Origin: Ranitomeya imitator
Taxonomy: Eukaryota
DNA length: 64,000 nucleotides
Direction: 5' to 3'
NCBI RefSeq assembly: GCF_032444005.1
Contig: NC_091285.1
Span: 683,860,001-683,924,000, forward strand
A model generated the notes under the pieces. That model saw nothing but the letters and a program-made list of their open reading frames with translations. It was not told the origin of the DNA and did not search any database. Positions 25,760 through 38,354 of this stretch are shown here, one piece after another; the first letter of the stretch is position 1; each line of letters opens with the position of its first letter. A program made the translations under genes and the position numbers.

Positions 25760-26220
25760 GCAAGCTCTTTTGGCTTCCAGATATTTGTTCAGTCTCCCAT
25801 GATTTATTTTCCGTCGTCATCAATAATTTCTCATTGGTAATGTTATGTGTGTTTTCCTGCCAGTCTGTTTTTGCACTTGAATATCAAAATTAATTATATG
25901 GCAAAATAAAGCTAAATATTATCTATTTTAACATTATTTCCTATTTTCATTTAGGACCACAAATGACTGCTACAAAACTATTTCAATTGCATTACCGTGA
26001 ATTATTTTACTGACTCATCAACTATATTTCTAATTGCTGATTTTGTTTTTTTTTGCCATTAAAATATATTTACTGAAATTCTCATTTATACATATTTCAC
26101 CAGAAATCTTAAAAGTGGCAAAATGATGCAATTTTCCCTACTTCTGAGCATTGCTAGTTTGTATTATTGAGGTTTGTGAATTAAAAAAAATCACCAAAAT
26201 ATAAAGTTAAGAAATTCGCA

Positions 26221-26292
26221 AAATCCCACCGAGATTTGAACTCGGATCGCTGGATTCAGAGTCCAGAGTGCTAACCATTACACCATGGAACC
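26221..26292 (-). tRNA. TRNAQ-CUG: tRNA-Gln(CTG) variant with an altered 3' acceptor strand (GGGATTT instead of GGGACCT)
   Basis: A small deletion at the 3' junction turns G1-C72 and G2-C71 into G-U pairs; the rest is canonical. Confidence 0.75.
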
Positions 26293-27822
26293 AACTGATG
26301 TTCCCAATCACTGACCTTCTTCATGATGCTATTGACATATCGTCCTGTCCACAGGTATGTAGTGTGATAAGAAATTCACATATATCAATATTTGCATCTA
26401 TACTTATTTATGTATTTTTCTTGTATTTTCACTACTTTTCATTATTTTATGTATTTACATATTTTGATCTACATTATTGTTTTCTGATTCCGCACTCTTT
26501 AACAATTTATTTTTACTTTGTTTTCATATCTTTTGATATATTCACATGCATTCATATTTTATTATAATTATCATATGTTAATTTAGAATGATTTTCTTTC
26601 TCACATTCAGTCATATGATTTTTACTTTAGGTTTCACGTTCCTCAGCATTTTCATTGTTTATAATTGGTCAGCTGTGCACATATAGAGTCTCCTCTGCAG
26701 GTTTGATACAACCCTCACGTGCATGGATCGTGCTTGAACGCGCGTCGGGGTTTGGCACCGCATCCTGCAGGCTGTAATGTCTATTCTGTTACTCTGATTT
26801 TCATCTCAGCACTTTCTTATTCATTTACTTGGCTGTCTCCGCTGTTTCGGGCTCGGTCTGTCATACAACATATTGTAAGCAGTAGGCTTGTGTTACCATG
26901 TAAGCCTTTACATACTTTTATCCTGTTAATAAATTATTTGTGTTTTTTTTATTTTGATAAGAAATTGTTTCATATTGTATTTATGTAATCTGCCATCCTA
27001 ATGGTTTCATGTTTTTATTGTACATGTGACATGATAGTGAATTTTGCTTCTTACTTCCCTTGCTTGGAATTATTATAATTACTGAGTTTCCTCTTTATCT
27101 CCTGCTCTTTCTGTTTGTTTTTTGTTGTGGTGTGGCGCCACCTGCTGGTTCCCCATTTGTTAATCATTTTTATGTAATATTTTATTAAGAACTTTGAATG
27201 CCATTATGTTTGAGCCCTTCTTTGATTTTCTGGTCTTTTGCCACACCGACAGGGAGAAAAGTATCCTTCCACAGATTAGTACCAAAATATTATCTGAATC
27301 AGTGACCAATGGAGTTATCACATAATCCCCCAGATGATCTTTCTTCTGTTTCATTATCCAAAGTGTTTTGGTTAATTAATGTGATGACATCTCGAAATAG
27401 AAAAGAGTAGAAAAAGTTTTCATTGAGTCAAGAAGGCAAAGGATGAGAGAAGATCAAGGACACAAAGGAGAGAATAAGAATGTGGTGAAATCTTCTGTAT
27501 TTTTTCTTAATCATCTATTGACCACATATATTTTTCAATCACATTAGCCAAGGTGCAATTTTTCCACCGATCGGACAATTCCTTCAGCAAATCAAATACT
27601 GTTGAGAAATATCAGGTAGAGCGGTTGGACGTTCAAAGGTGCTGACTTACAATCTGCTGCCAACTGATGTTTTTTGGGGGAAATGTACTTCATGAGGCTA
27701 AATATATGACGACAGACCATGTTGTACTGTAGAAAAAGAAAGCAGCCCACCATAAAGTCTCCTGACAGCACTGGGAATCAAACCCACGGCCCCAAAGAGA
27801 CTGGAATAGTCAAACATCAGTT

Positions 27823-27896
27823 GGCCGGTTAGCTCAGTTGGTTAGAGCGTGGTGCTAATAACGCCAAGGTCGCGGGTTCGATCCCCGTACGGGCCA
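27823..27896 (+). tRNA. TRNAI-AAU: tRNA-Ile(AAT), canonical
   Basis: GGCCGGTTAGCTCAGTTGGTTAGAGCGTGGTGCTAATAACGCCAAGGTCGCGGGTTCGATCCCCGTACGGGCCA, followed by a T4 terminator. Confidence 0.97.
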
Positions 27897-28613
27897 GGTG
27901 ACTTTTGTTTACCAAAACAAATAAAGTGTAATTATTTTTATTATTAATATAACATCAACAAATTCTGCAGCACTCTACAATTGAGCGTGACATGTACAGA
28001 GAATAAAGGCATTAGAGAGTGACACAGATCAACAGTTACAGGAGGAGCGAGGGTCCTGCTCACAAGCTACAATCTGTAAGGAAATAGGGGGTCACATTAG
28101 GGAGAAAGTGCTGTCATGTGTCGTCCGGCCATCATCAGGGCATTTCAAATAATAAATAATAATAATACGGAGAACGATCAGTAATATGAAGGTTCTGGGC
28201 GCAGGGGCCGGCGGTTACATACAGCTGGACTCTCACTCATGGTGTTTAACTCATTATTTTATGCAGTTTTTAATTGTGTAAAAAAAACTCTGCAAAATTC
28301 CTGAAATAATTAACTTGATGCAGATTTGAAGGAAAGGAATGATTCATTAATTCAAATCAACAAATGCGCGAGAAGTAGGAAATCTCAATTACATTGCTGA
28401 TACTGGAAAAAGGCAGGAAAAGGAAAAAGTCCCAAATAGGAAAACTGCACGAGTGGTGATGTGAGCGTGTGGAGCGGAGTCCTGACGGTGAGGACATTAC
28501 ACGCTTTGAGGATTTGCCAACATACAGGGCTGAATTCCATAATTGATAAATATGAGCGCAGGGATAGGAGTTCTCTCCTTGTCAGGCGGCACAATGACTT
28601 ATGTCCCAGTACA

Positions 28614-28695
28614 GGTAGCGTGGCCGAGCGGTCTAAGGCGCTGGATTAAGACTCCAGTCTCTTCGGGGGTGTGGGTTTGAATCCCACCGCTGCCA
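28614..28695 (+). tRNA. TRNAL-AAG: tRNA-Leu(AAG) variant, possibly inactive
   Basis: G37A, B-box C56T (GTTTGA) and a T-stem C>T change. Confidence 0.65.
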
Positions 28696-29164
28696 ACAAG
28701 CTCTTTTGCCTTCCAGATATTTGTTCAGTCTCCCGTGATTTATTTTCCGTCGTCATCAATAATTTCTAATCTGTAACATTATGTGTGTTTTCCTGCCAGT
28801 CTATCTTTGCACTTGAATATCAAAATTATTTATATGGATATATAAATCTAAATATTATCTATTTTAACATTATTTCCTTTTTTTATTTAGGACCACAAAT
28901 GACTGCTACAAAACTATTTCAGTTGCATTCCCGTGAATTATTTTACTGACTCATCAACTATATTTCTAATTGCTGATTTTATGTTTTTTTTTGCCATTAA
29001 AATATATTTACTGAAATTCTCATTTATACATATTTCACCAGAAATCTTAAAAGTGGCAAAATGATGCAATTTTCCCTACTTCTGAGCATTGCTAGTTTGT
29101 ATTATTGAGGTTTGTGAATAAAATAAATCACCAAAATATAAAGTTAAGAAATTTGCAAAACTTT

Positions 29165-29236
29165 AGGTCCCACCGAGATTTGAACTCGGATCGCTGGATT
29201 CAGAGTCCAGAGTGCTAACCATTACACCATGGAACC
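29165..29236 (-). tRNA. TRNAQ-CUG: tRNA-Gln(CTG), canonical
   Basis: Identical to the 72-nt consensus. Confidence 0.97.
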
Positions 29237-29723
29237 AGCTATGTGACTCTGTTCACGATGATATTTATATGTGGTCGGGTCCACATGTATGTACTGTGAT
29301 ATGAAATTCATATATATCAATATTTGCATCTATACTTATTTATATATTTTTCTTGTGTTTTCGCTATTTTTCATTATTTTATGTATTTACATATTTTGCT
29401 CTACATTAATGTTTTGTGATTCTGCACTCCTTAACATTTTGTTTCTACTTTGTTTTCATATCTTTTGATATATTCACATGCATTCATATTTTATTATATT
29501 TATCATAAGTTAATTTAGATTGATTTTCTTTCTCACATTCAGTCATATGATTTTTCCTTTAGGCTTCACGTTCCTCAGCATTTTCATTGTTTATAATTGG
29601 TCAGCTGTGCACATATAGAGTCTCCTCTGCAGGTTTGATACAACCCTCACGTGTATGCATTGTGCTTGAACGCGCGTCGGGGTTTGGCACCGCATCCTGC
29701 AGGCTGTAATGTCTATTCTGTTA

Positions 29724-30128
29724 GGCTACTTTCACACTAGCGTCGTAGTCGCAGTGCGTCGGGCCAACGTACCGATGCATACTGTGGAAGTGCCGCACAA
29801 CGGGGGCAGCGGATGCATTTTTCCAGCACATCCGCTGCCCCATTTTGAGTTGCGGGGAGGTGGGGGCGGAGTTCCGGCCGCAAATGCACGGTCAGAAATG
29901 TCGGACATGACCCTCAAAAAAAGCAATGTTTTTTTTGTTCGGACGGTCCGCCACAACACGACGCAACTGTCGCACGATGGTTGCGACGTGTGGCAATGCG
30001 CCGCAATGCGTCATTAATGTTAGTCAATGGGGAAAAAACGCATCCTGGAGACAACTTTGCAGGATACGTTTTTTACCCAAAATGACGCATTGTCATGTAT
30101 CCCAAACGACGCTAGTGTGAAAGTAGCC
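29724..30128. mobile_element. MITE with 22-bp TIR GGCTACTTTCACACTAGCGTCG, flanked by a 108-bp direct duplication
   Basis: TIRs at both ends; 29616-29723 is repeated at 30130-30237. Confidence 0.85.
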
Positions 30129-30796
30129 TTAGAGTCTCCTCTGCAGGTTTGATACAACCCTCACGTGTATGCATTGCGCTTGAACGCGCGTCGGGGTTTG
30201 GCACCGCATCCTGCAGGCTGTAATGTCTATTCTGTTACTCTGATTTTCATCTCAGCACTTTCTTATTCATTTACTTGGCTGTCTCCACTGTTTCGGTCTC
30301 GGTCTGTCATACAACATATCGCAAGCAGTAGGCTTGTGTTACCATATAACCCTTTGCATACTTTTATCCTGTTAATATATTCTTTGTGTTTTTTTATTTT
30401 GATAAGACATTGTTTTATATTGTATTTACATTATCTGCCGTCCTAATGGTTTCAGGTTTTTATTGCACATGTGACATGCTGTTGAATTTGGCTTCTTACT
30501 TCCTTGTGTGGAATTATTATTATTACCGAGTTTCCTCCTTATCTCCTGCTCTTTCTGTTTGTTTTTGTGGTGTGGCGCCACCTGCTGGTTCCCCATTTGT
30601 TAATCATTTTTATGTAATATTTTATTAAGAACTTTAAATGCCATTATGTTTGAGCCCTTCTTTGATTTTCTGGTCTTTGTATCCTTCCACAGATTAGTAT
30701 CAAAATATTATCTGAATCAGTGACCAATGGAGTTATCAAATAATCCCCCAGATGATCTTTCTCCTGTTTCATTATCCAAACTGTTTTGGTCAATTA

Positions 30797-31130
30797 GGGT
30801 ACGTTCACACACACGACTTTTTTGCTGCGTATTTTTGCTGCTTTTTTTATGCTAATTTTCAGCTGCTTTTTACAGTACCAGCAAAGCCTGTGAGATTTCA
30901 TAAATCTCATGCCCACACATTGGGTTTTTGTTTGATCAGTATTTTCTGCTTTGCTGCGTTTTTTGGACACAGGGCATGTCACTTCTTTCAGCGTTTTTGC
31001 TGCGTTTTTGCAGCGTTTTTTCACCCATTGACTTGAATGGGTGATGGAAAAAACGCTACAAAAACGCAGCAAAAACGCATGTAGCATCATGGCCAGCAGG
31101 AAGTGATGTCACAGCCAAGAGATTAGGGGT
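30797..31130. mobile_element. One-ended T2-type MITE with an adjacent spacer deletion; mirrored at about 36380-36716
   Basis: TTAGGGTACGTTCACAC terminus. About 300 bp of the spacer seen in the 27.4-27.7 kb unit is missing. Confidence 0.65.
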
Positions 31131-31334
31131 GTGGTTAGTGAGGTGTCCATAGTGACAGTGAGCTATTGTGAGGTGTCCTGTCCAACTGATCTTTTTGGGG
31201 GGGAAATGTACTTCATGAGGCTAAATATATGACGACAGACCATGTTGTACTGTAGAAGAAAAAATAAAGTCTCCTGACAGTACTGGGAATCAAACCCACG
31301 ACCCCAAAGAGACTGGAATAATCAAACATTGAAC

Positions 31335-31408
31335 GGCCGGTTAGCTCAGTTGGTTAGAGCGTGGTGCTAATAACGCCAAGGTCGCGGGTTCGATCCCCGT
31401 ACGGGCCA
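31335..31408 (+). tRNA. TRNAI-AAU: tRNA-Ile(AAT), canonical
   Basis: Identical to 27823-27896. Confidence 0.97.
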
Positions 31409-31841
31409 GGTGACTTTTGTTTACCAACATAAATAAAGTGTAATTATTTTTTATTATTTATATAGCATCAAAAAATTCTGGAGCACTTTACAATTGAGCG
31501 TGACATGTACAGAGAATAAAGGCATTACAGAGTGACACAAATCACCAGTTACAGGAGGAGCGAGGGTCCTGCTCAAAAACTACAATCTGTAAGGAAATAG
31601 GGGGGACACATTAGGGAGAAAGTGCTGACATGTGTCGTCCGGCCATCATCAGGGCATTTCAAATAATAAATAATAATACGGAGAACGATCATTAATATGA
31701 AGGTTCTGGGCGCAGGTGCCGGCGGTTACATACAGCAGGACTCTCACTCATGGTGGTTAACTCATTATTTATGCAGTTTTTAATTATGTAAAAACATTCT
31801 GCAAAATTCCTGAAGTAATTAACTGGATACCAATTCAATCC

Positions 31842-31923
31842 GGTAGCGTGGCCGAGCGGTCTAAGGCGCTGGATTAAGGCTCCAGTCTCTTCGGGGGCGT
31901 GGGTTCGAATCCCACCGCTGCCA
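31842..31923 (+). tRNA. TRNAL-AAG: tRNA-Leu(AAG), canonical
   Basis: Identical to 25678-25759; T5 terminator downstream. Confidence 0.97.
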
Positions 31924-33177
31924 AAATGCTTTTTATCCAATATAGTCTCCCGTGATTTATTTAACATTGTCATTAATCCTTATGTGTGTTTTCCCGCCAG
32001 TCTTGTTTCTCACTTAAAAAATAAATATCATCTATTTTCACATTATAATTTATTTTTTATTTTTATTTTATGACCGCAAAGGAAGGCTAGAAAATGTTTG
32101 AAATTGCATTTGCTTTTTCCGTTAAAAATATTTCTAGATATTCAACATATTTTTTTTTCAACATGAGTGGGACTAGAAACAACTAATTGCACTGGCAGTA
32201 TCTCCCTTTTTTAGGCCTTATTTTCTATTTTGGATTCTGCTATTTATTTAGTTTTTTTATTTAGCCCTCACATTGTGCACCTGTAAGGTTTTTATAGATT
32301 TTTGGGGGCTTAACATATGAATACAGTCTTTTTTTATTGCTGATCTCTAGTGATGATCGAGTGCTCTGTACGGGAATCGAACAGGTCGGACGCTCGGACG
32401 GCCTCAACTCGAGTACCGAACATGATCGCAGTCAATGGGAACTCAAGCATTTTCCCCGAGATCCTAACAGGAGGGCAGAGGGGGAACTAAAATCACTGAA
32501 ATAGATGGAAACAGCATGTGGAAGACCCCTGGAAGCATCTCTGACTCCCAGGTCGCTGATGGGAACAATGGTGTCAGAGTATTACTCCACTTTTGCAGAT
32601 TCACAATAAAACATCTAAAAACAAAGAGAGAAAATAGATTTTGCAGGAAAAAATTATATAGAGACTATATAATGTAGACAAGAGAAAAGAAAAAGCCCCC
32701 ATGCAGAGGGTAAAGCCATTGGCCAGGTGAAACTGTGCCTCCTGTGAGAGCACAACAAACACGCTCATCCATGAGACCTAGCTTCCTGTCCCACTTTGCA
32801 GGGAGACGCGGGACACCACTCTTGAAGCCAGAATAATGTGAATAGGTGGTCAGTTAGATGGATGATAATGCTTCCATTATGTTTCTCAGCACCACCCTGT
32901 CTTCCACAATGTTTTAAGAGGCCCTCATATCCTCATCTATGTGTCTTCCAGGATGTATTGCAGTCCCTCCTTCTAATTTTTGGCAGCCCATCCACATAGC
33001 GCATTGGCTTTAGGGCTCTATGAGTCCATCTGATACTTCTAACAGAACATGCATGAGGCCCTCCTTTATGTCTATGATATGTCCGAGATAAGGTAGTAAA
33101 ATGTTAGAATTACATTTATCGATGACTATCGGGGGGGGTGACGTTTTATTCTCCCCTCTACTATTTCATCTACTGTA

Positions 33178-34741
33178 CAGTCATGGACAAAAATTTTGAG
33201 AATGAGACAAATATTAATTTTTCCAAAGTCTACTGCTTCATTTTTTCTAATGGCAATTTGCATATACTCCTGAATGTCAGAGTGATCAGCCTAACAGCAA
33301 TTACTGTACTTGCAAAGTCAATATTTGTCCAGAAAATGAACTTTAACCCCCAAAACACTTTTCAACCTCATTGCAGTCCTGCCTTAAAAGGAGCAGCTAA
33401 CATCGTTTTAGTGATTGATCCATTAACACAGGTGTGGGTGTTGATGAGGACAGGGCTGGCGATCAGTCATGATTAAGTAAGAATGACATCACTGGACACT
33501 TTAAAAGGAGGCTGGTGCTTGGTATCATTGTTTCTCTTCAGTTAACCATGGTTATCTCTAAAGAAACACGTGCAGCCATCATTGTACTGCACAAAGATGG
33601 CCTAACAGGGAAGAGTATCGCAGCTACAAAGATTGCACCTCAGTCAACAATCTATCGCATCATCAAGAACTTCAAGGAGAGAGCTTCCATTGTTGTCAAA
33701 AAGGCTCCAGGGCGCCCAAGAAAGACCAGCAAGCGCCAGGACCGGATCTTAAAACTGTTTCAGCTGCGGGATCGGACTACCAGCAGTGCCGAGCTTGCTC
33801 AGGAATGGCAGCGGGCTGGTGTGAGTGCTCCTGCACGAACTGTGAGGCGGAGACTCTTTGAGCAAGGCCTGGTATCAAGGAGGGCAGCAAAGAAGCCACT
33901 TCTCTCCAGAAAAAACATCAGGGACCGACTGATATTCTGCAAAAGGTACAGGGAGTGGACTGCTGAGGACTGGGGCAAAGTCATTTTCTCTGATGAATCC
34001 CCTTTTCGATTGTTTGGGACATCTGGAAAACAGCTTATTCGGAGAAGAAGAGGTGAGCGCTACCACCAGTCTTGTCTCATGCCGACTGTAAAGCATCCTG
34101 AAACCATTCATGTGTGGGGTTGCTTCTCACCCAAAGGAATCGGTTCACTCACAGTCTTGCCTAAAAACACAGCCATGAATAAAGAATGTTTCCAGAATGT
34201 CCTCCAAGAGCAACTTCTCCCAACCGTCCAAGAGCAGTTTAGCGCCCAACAATGCCTTTTCCAGCATGATGGAGCACCTTGCCATAAAGCAAAGGTGATA
34301 ACTAAATGGCTCACGGAACAAAACATAGAGATTTTGGGTCCATGGCCTGGAAACTCCCCAGATCTTAATCCCATTGAGAACTTGTGGTCAATCATCAAGA
34401 GACAGGTGGACAAACAAAAACCAACAAATTCTGGCAAAATGCAAGCATTGATTATGCAAGAATGGACTGCTATCAGTCAGGATTTGGTCCAGAAGTTGAT
34501 TGAGAGCATGCCAGGGAGAATTGCAGAGGTCTTGAAGAAGAAGGGTCAACACTGCAAATATTGACTTGCTGCATTAACTCATTCTAACTGTCCATATAAC
34601 CTATTGGTACTCATAATATGATTGCAATTATATTTCTGTATGTGATATAAACATCAGACAAACACTAATAAAAACCAGAGGGCAGCAGATCATGTGAAAA
34701 TATAATTTTGGTGTCATCCTCAAAAATTTTGGCCATGACTG
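33178..34741 (+). mobile_element. Tc1-family transposon, DD35E type, with TA TSDs and ~30-38-bp imperfect TIRs
   Basis: TA|CAGTCATGG...CCATGACTG|TA. Confidence 0.95.
33548..34564 (+). CDS. Intact Tc1-like transposase (338 aa from ATG 33548), DD35E
   Basis: GRPRKT, FSDES, QHDGAPCH and SPDLNPIE motifs; 35 residues between the second D and the E. Confidence 0.92.
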   Translation: MVISKETRAAIIVLHKDGLTGKSIAATKIAPQSTIYRIIKNFKERASIVVKKAPGRPRKTSKRQDRILKLFQLRDRTTSSAELAQEWQRAGVSAPARTVRRRLFEQGLVSRRAAKKPLLSRKNIRDRLIFCKRYREWTAEDWGKVIFSDESPFRLFGTSGKQLIRRRRGERYHQSCLMPTVKHPETIHVWGCFSPKGIGSLTVLPKNTAMNKECFQNVLQEQLLPTVQEQFSAQQCLFQHDGAPCHKAKVITKWLTEQNIEILGPWPGNSPDLNPIENLWSIIKRQVDKQKPTNSGKMQALIMQEWTAISQDLVQKLIESMPGRIAEVLKKKGQHCKY

Positions 34742-35588
34742 TAGTCATAGGCAATGGGGAAAAACAGTGAGAGATTGCCCGGCTATTATGGGGCGAAGAA
34801 GGTGATTTTTTGGGGGCTTTTTCTTTTGTCTTGTATACATTATATAGTCTCTATATAATTTTTTCCTGCAAAATCTATTTTCTCTCTTTGTTTTTAGATG
34901 TTTTATTGTGAATCTGCAAAAGTGGAGTAATACTCTGACACCATTGTTCCCATCAGCGACCTGGGAGTCAGAGATGCTTCCAGGGGTCTTCCACATGCTG
35001 TTTCCATCTATTTCAGTGATTTTAGTTCCCCCTCTGCCCTCCTGTTAGGATCTCGGGGAAAATGCTTGAGTTCCCATTGACTGCGATCATGTTCGGTACT
35101 CGAGTTGAGGCCGTCCGAGCGTCCGACCTGTTCGATTCCCGTACAGAGCACTCGATCATCACTAGAGATCAGCAATAAAAAAAGACTGTATTCATATGTT
35201 AAGCCCCCAAAAATCTATAAAAACCTTACAGGTGCACAATGTGAGGGCTAAATAAAAAAACTAAATAAATAGCAGAATCCAAAATAGAAAATAAGGCCTA
35301 AAAAAGGGAGATACTGCCAGTGCAATTAGTTGTTTCTAGTCCCACTCATGTTGAAAAAAAAATATGTTGAATATCTAGAAACATTTTTAACGGAAAAAGC
35401 GAATGCAATTTCAAACATTTTCTAGCCTTCCTTTGCGGTCATAAAATAAAAATAAAAAATAAATTATAATGTGAAAATAGATGATATTTATTTTCTAAGT
35501 GAGAAACAAGACTGGCGGGAAAACACACATAAGGATTAATGACAATGTTAAATAAATCACGGGAGACTATATTGGATAAAAAGCATTT

Positions 35589-35670
35589 TGGCAGCGGTGG
35601 GATTCGAACCCACGCCCCCGAAGAGACTGGAGCCTTAATCCAGCGCCTTAGACCGCTCGGCCACGCTACC
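35589..35670 (-). tRNA. TRNAL-AAG: tRNA-Leu(AAG), canonical (mirror of 31842)
   Basis: Exact reverse complement of the 82-nt consensus. Confidence 0.97.
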
Positions 35671-36103
35671 GCTACAAATTGGAATCAAGTTAATTCTTTC
35701 AGGAATTTTGCAGAATGTTTTTACATAATTAAAAACTGCATAAATAATGAGTTAAACACCATGAGTGAGAGTCCTGCTGTATGTAACCGCCGGCACCTGC
35801 GCCCAGAACCTTCATATTACTGATCGTTCTCCGTATTATTATTTATTATTTAAAATGCCCTGATGATGGCCGGACGACACATGTCAGCACTTTCTCCCTA
35901 ATGTGTCCCCCCTATTTCCTTACAGATTGTAGTTTTTGAGCAGGACCCTCGCTCCTCCTGTAACTGGTGATCTGTGTCACTCTGTAATGCCTTTATTCTC
36001 TGTACATATCACGCTCAATTGTAAAGTGCTCCAGAATTTTTTGATGCTATATAAATATTAAAAAATAATTACACTTTATTTATGTTGGTAAACAAAAGTC
36101 ACC

Positions 36104-36177
36104 TGGCCCGTACTGGGATCGAACCCGCGACCTTGGCGTTATTAGCACCACGCTCTAACCAACTGAGCTAACCGGCC
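36104..36177 (-). tRNA. TRNAI-AAU: tRNA-Ile(AAT) with one T-stem mismatch
   Basis: GATCCCAGTAC instead of GATCCCCGTAC. Confidence 0.85.
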
Positions 36178-37386
36178 GTTCAATGTTTGATTATTCCAGT
36201 CTCTATGAGGCCGTGGGTTTGATTCCCAGTGCTGTCAGGAGACTTTATTTTTTTTTTCTACAGTACAACATGGTCTGTCGTCATATATTTAGCCTCATGA
36301 AGTACATTTCCCGCCAAAAAAAGATCAGTTGGACAGGACACCTCACAATGGCTCACTGTCACTATGGACACCTCACTAACCACACCCCTAATCTCTTGGC
36401 TGTGACATCACTTCCTGCTGGCCATGATGCTACATGCGTTTTTGCTGCATTTTTGTAGCGTTTTTTCCATCACCCATTCAAGTCAATGGGTGAAAAAACG
36501 CTGCAAAAACGCAGCAAAAACGCTGAAAGAAGTGACATGCCCTGTGTCCAAAAAACGCAGCAAAGCAGAAAATACTGATCAAACAAAAACCCAATGTGTG
36601 GGCATGAGATGTCTGAAATCTCATAGGCTTTGCTGGTACTGTAAAAAGCAGCTGAAAATTAGCATAAAAAAATCAGCAAAAATACGCAGCAAAAAAGTCG
36701 TGTGTGTGAACGTACCCTAATTGACCAAAACAGTTTGGATAATGAAACAGGAGAAAGATCATCTGGGGGATTATGTGATAACTCCACTGGTCACTGATTC
36801 AGATAATATTTTGATACTAATCTGTGGAAGGATACAAAGACCAGAAAATCAAAGAAGGGCTCGAACATAATGGCATTTAAAGTTCTTAATAAAATATTAC
36901 ATAAAAATGATTAACAAATGGGGAACCAGCAGGTGGCGCCACACCACAAAAACAAACAGAAAGAGCAGGAGATAAGGAGGAAACTCGGTAATAATAATAA
37001 TTCCACACAAGGAAGTAAGAAGCCAAATTCAACATCATGTCACATGTGCAATAAAAACCTGAAACCATTAGGACAGCAGATAATGTAAATACAATATGAA
37101 ACAATGTCTTATCAAAATAAAAAAAACACAAAGAATATATTAACAGGATAAAAGTATGTAAAGGGTTATATGGTAACACAAGCCTACTGCTTACAATATG
37201 TTGAATGACAGACCGAGACCGAAACAGTGGAGACAGCCAAGTAAATGAATAAGAAAGTGCTGAGATGAAAATCAGAGTAACAGAATAGACATTACAGCCT
37301 GCAGGATGCGGTGCCAAACCCCGACGCGCGTTCAAGCGCAATGCATACACGTGAGGGTTGTATCAAACCTGCAGAGGAGACTTTAA

Positions 37387-37786
37387 GGCTACTTTCACAC
37401 TAGCGTCGTTTGGGATACGTCACAATGCGTAGTTTTGGGTAAAAAACGTATCTTGCAAAGTTGTCTCCAGGATGCGTTTTTTCCCCAACATTAATGACGC
37501 ATTGCTGCGCATTGCCACACGTCACAACCGTCATGCGACAGTTGCGTCTTGTTGTGGCGGACCGTCCGAATAAAAAAAAAACGTTGCTTTTTTTGAGCGT
37601 CGTGTCCGACATTTCTGACCGTGCATTTGCGGCCGGAACTCCATCCCCACCTCCCCGCAACTCAAAATGGGACAGCGGATGTGCTGGAAAAATGCATCCA
37701 CTGCCCCCGTTGTGCGGCACTTCCACAGTATGCGTCGGTACGTCGGCCCGACGCACTGGGACTACGACGCTAGTGTGAAAGTTGCC
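37387..37786. mobile_element. Mirror copy of the 29724-30128 MITE, also flanked by the ~108-bp duplication
   Basis: Same TIRs and same duplicated flank in reverse orientation. Confidence 0.85.
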
Positions 37787-38282
37787 TAACAGAATAGACA
37801 TTACAGCCTGCAGGATGCGGTGCCAAACCCCGACGCGCGTTCAAGCGCAATGCATACACGTGAGGGTTGTATCAAACCTGTAGAGGAGACTCTATATGTG
37901 CACAGCTGACCAATTATAAACAATGAAAATGCTGAGGAACGTGAAGCCTAAAGTAAAAATCATATGACTGAATGTGAGAAAGAAAATCAATCTAAATTAA
38001 CTTATGATAAATATAATAAAATATGAATGCATGTGAATATATCAAAAGATATGAAAACAAAGTAAAAACAGAATGTTAAGGAGTGCGGAATCACAAAACA
38101 TTAATGTAGATCATGTAGATCAAAATATGTAAATACATAAAATAATGAAAAATAGCGACAACACAAGAAAAATATATAAATAAGTATAGATGCAAATATT
38201 GATATATATGAATTTCATATCACACTACATACATGTGGACCCGACCATACATAAATATCATCATGAACAGGGTCATATAGTT

Positions 38283-38354
38283 GGTTCCATGGTGTAATGG
38301 TTAGCACTCTGGACTCTGAATCCAGCGATCCGAGTTCAAATCTCGGTGGGACCT
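38283..38354 (+). tRNA. TRNAQ-CUG: tRNA-Gln(CTG), canonical
   Basis: 72-nt consensus. Confidence 0.97.

Noticed and set aside
25496-25840. ORFs containing VAWPSGLRRWIKAPVSSGAWV or FGSGGIRTHAPEETG (also 31692-31973, 35539-35823 and 38736-38948)
   Set aside because: These are translations through tRNA-Leu genes.
32701-33177. Unique loop sequence as a retroelement or exon fragment (LPYLGHII in the minus frame)
   Set aside because: The match is too short and degenerate to assign without a search.
12355-37350. Recurrent ~90-150-aa ORF (LNARRGLAPHPAGCN...) in the unit spacers
   Set aside because: Start and stop positions vary between copies, the composition is AT-rich and low-complexity, and there is no recognisable domain. 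Recurrence only reflects unit duplication.
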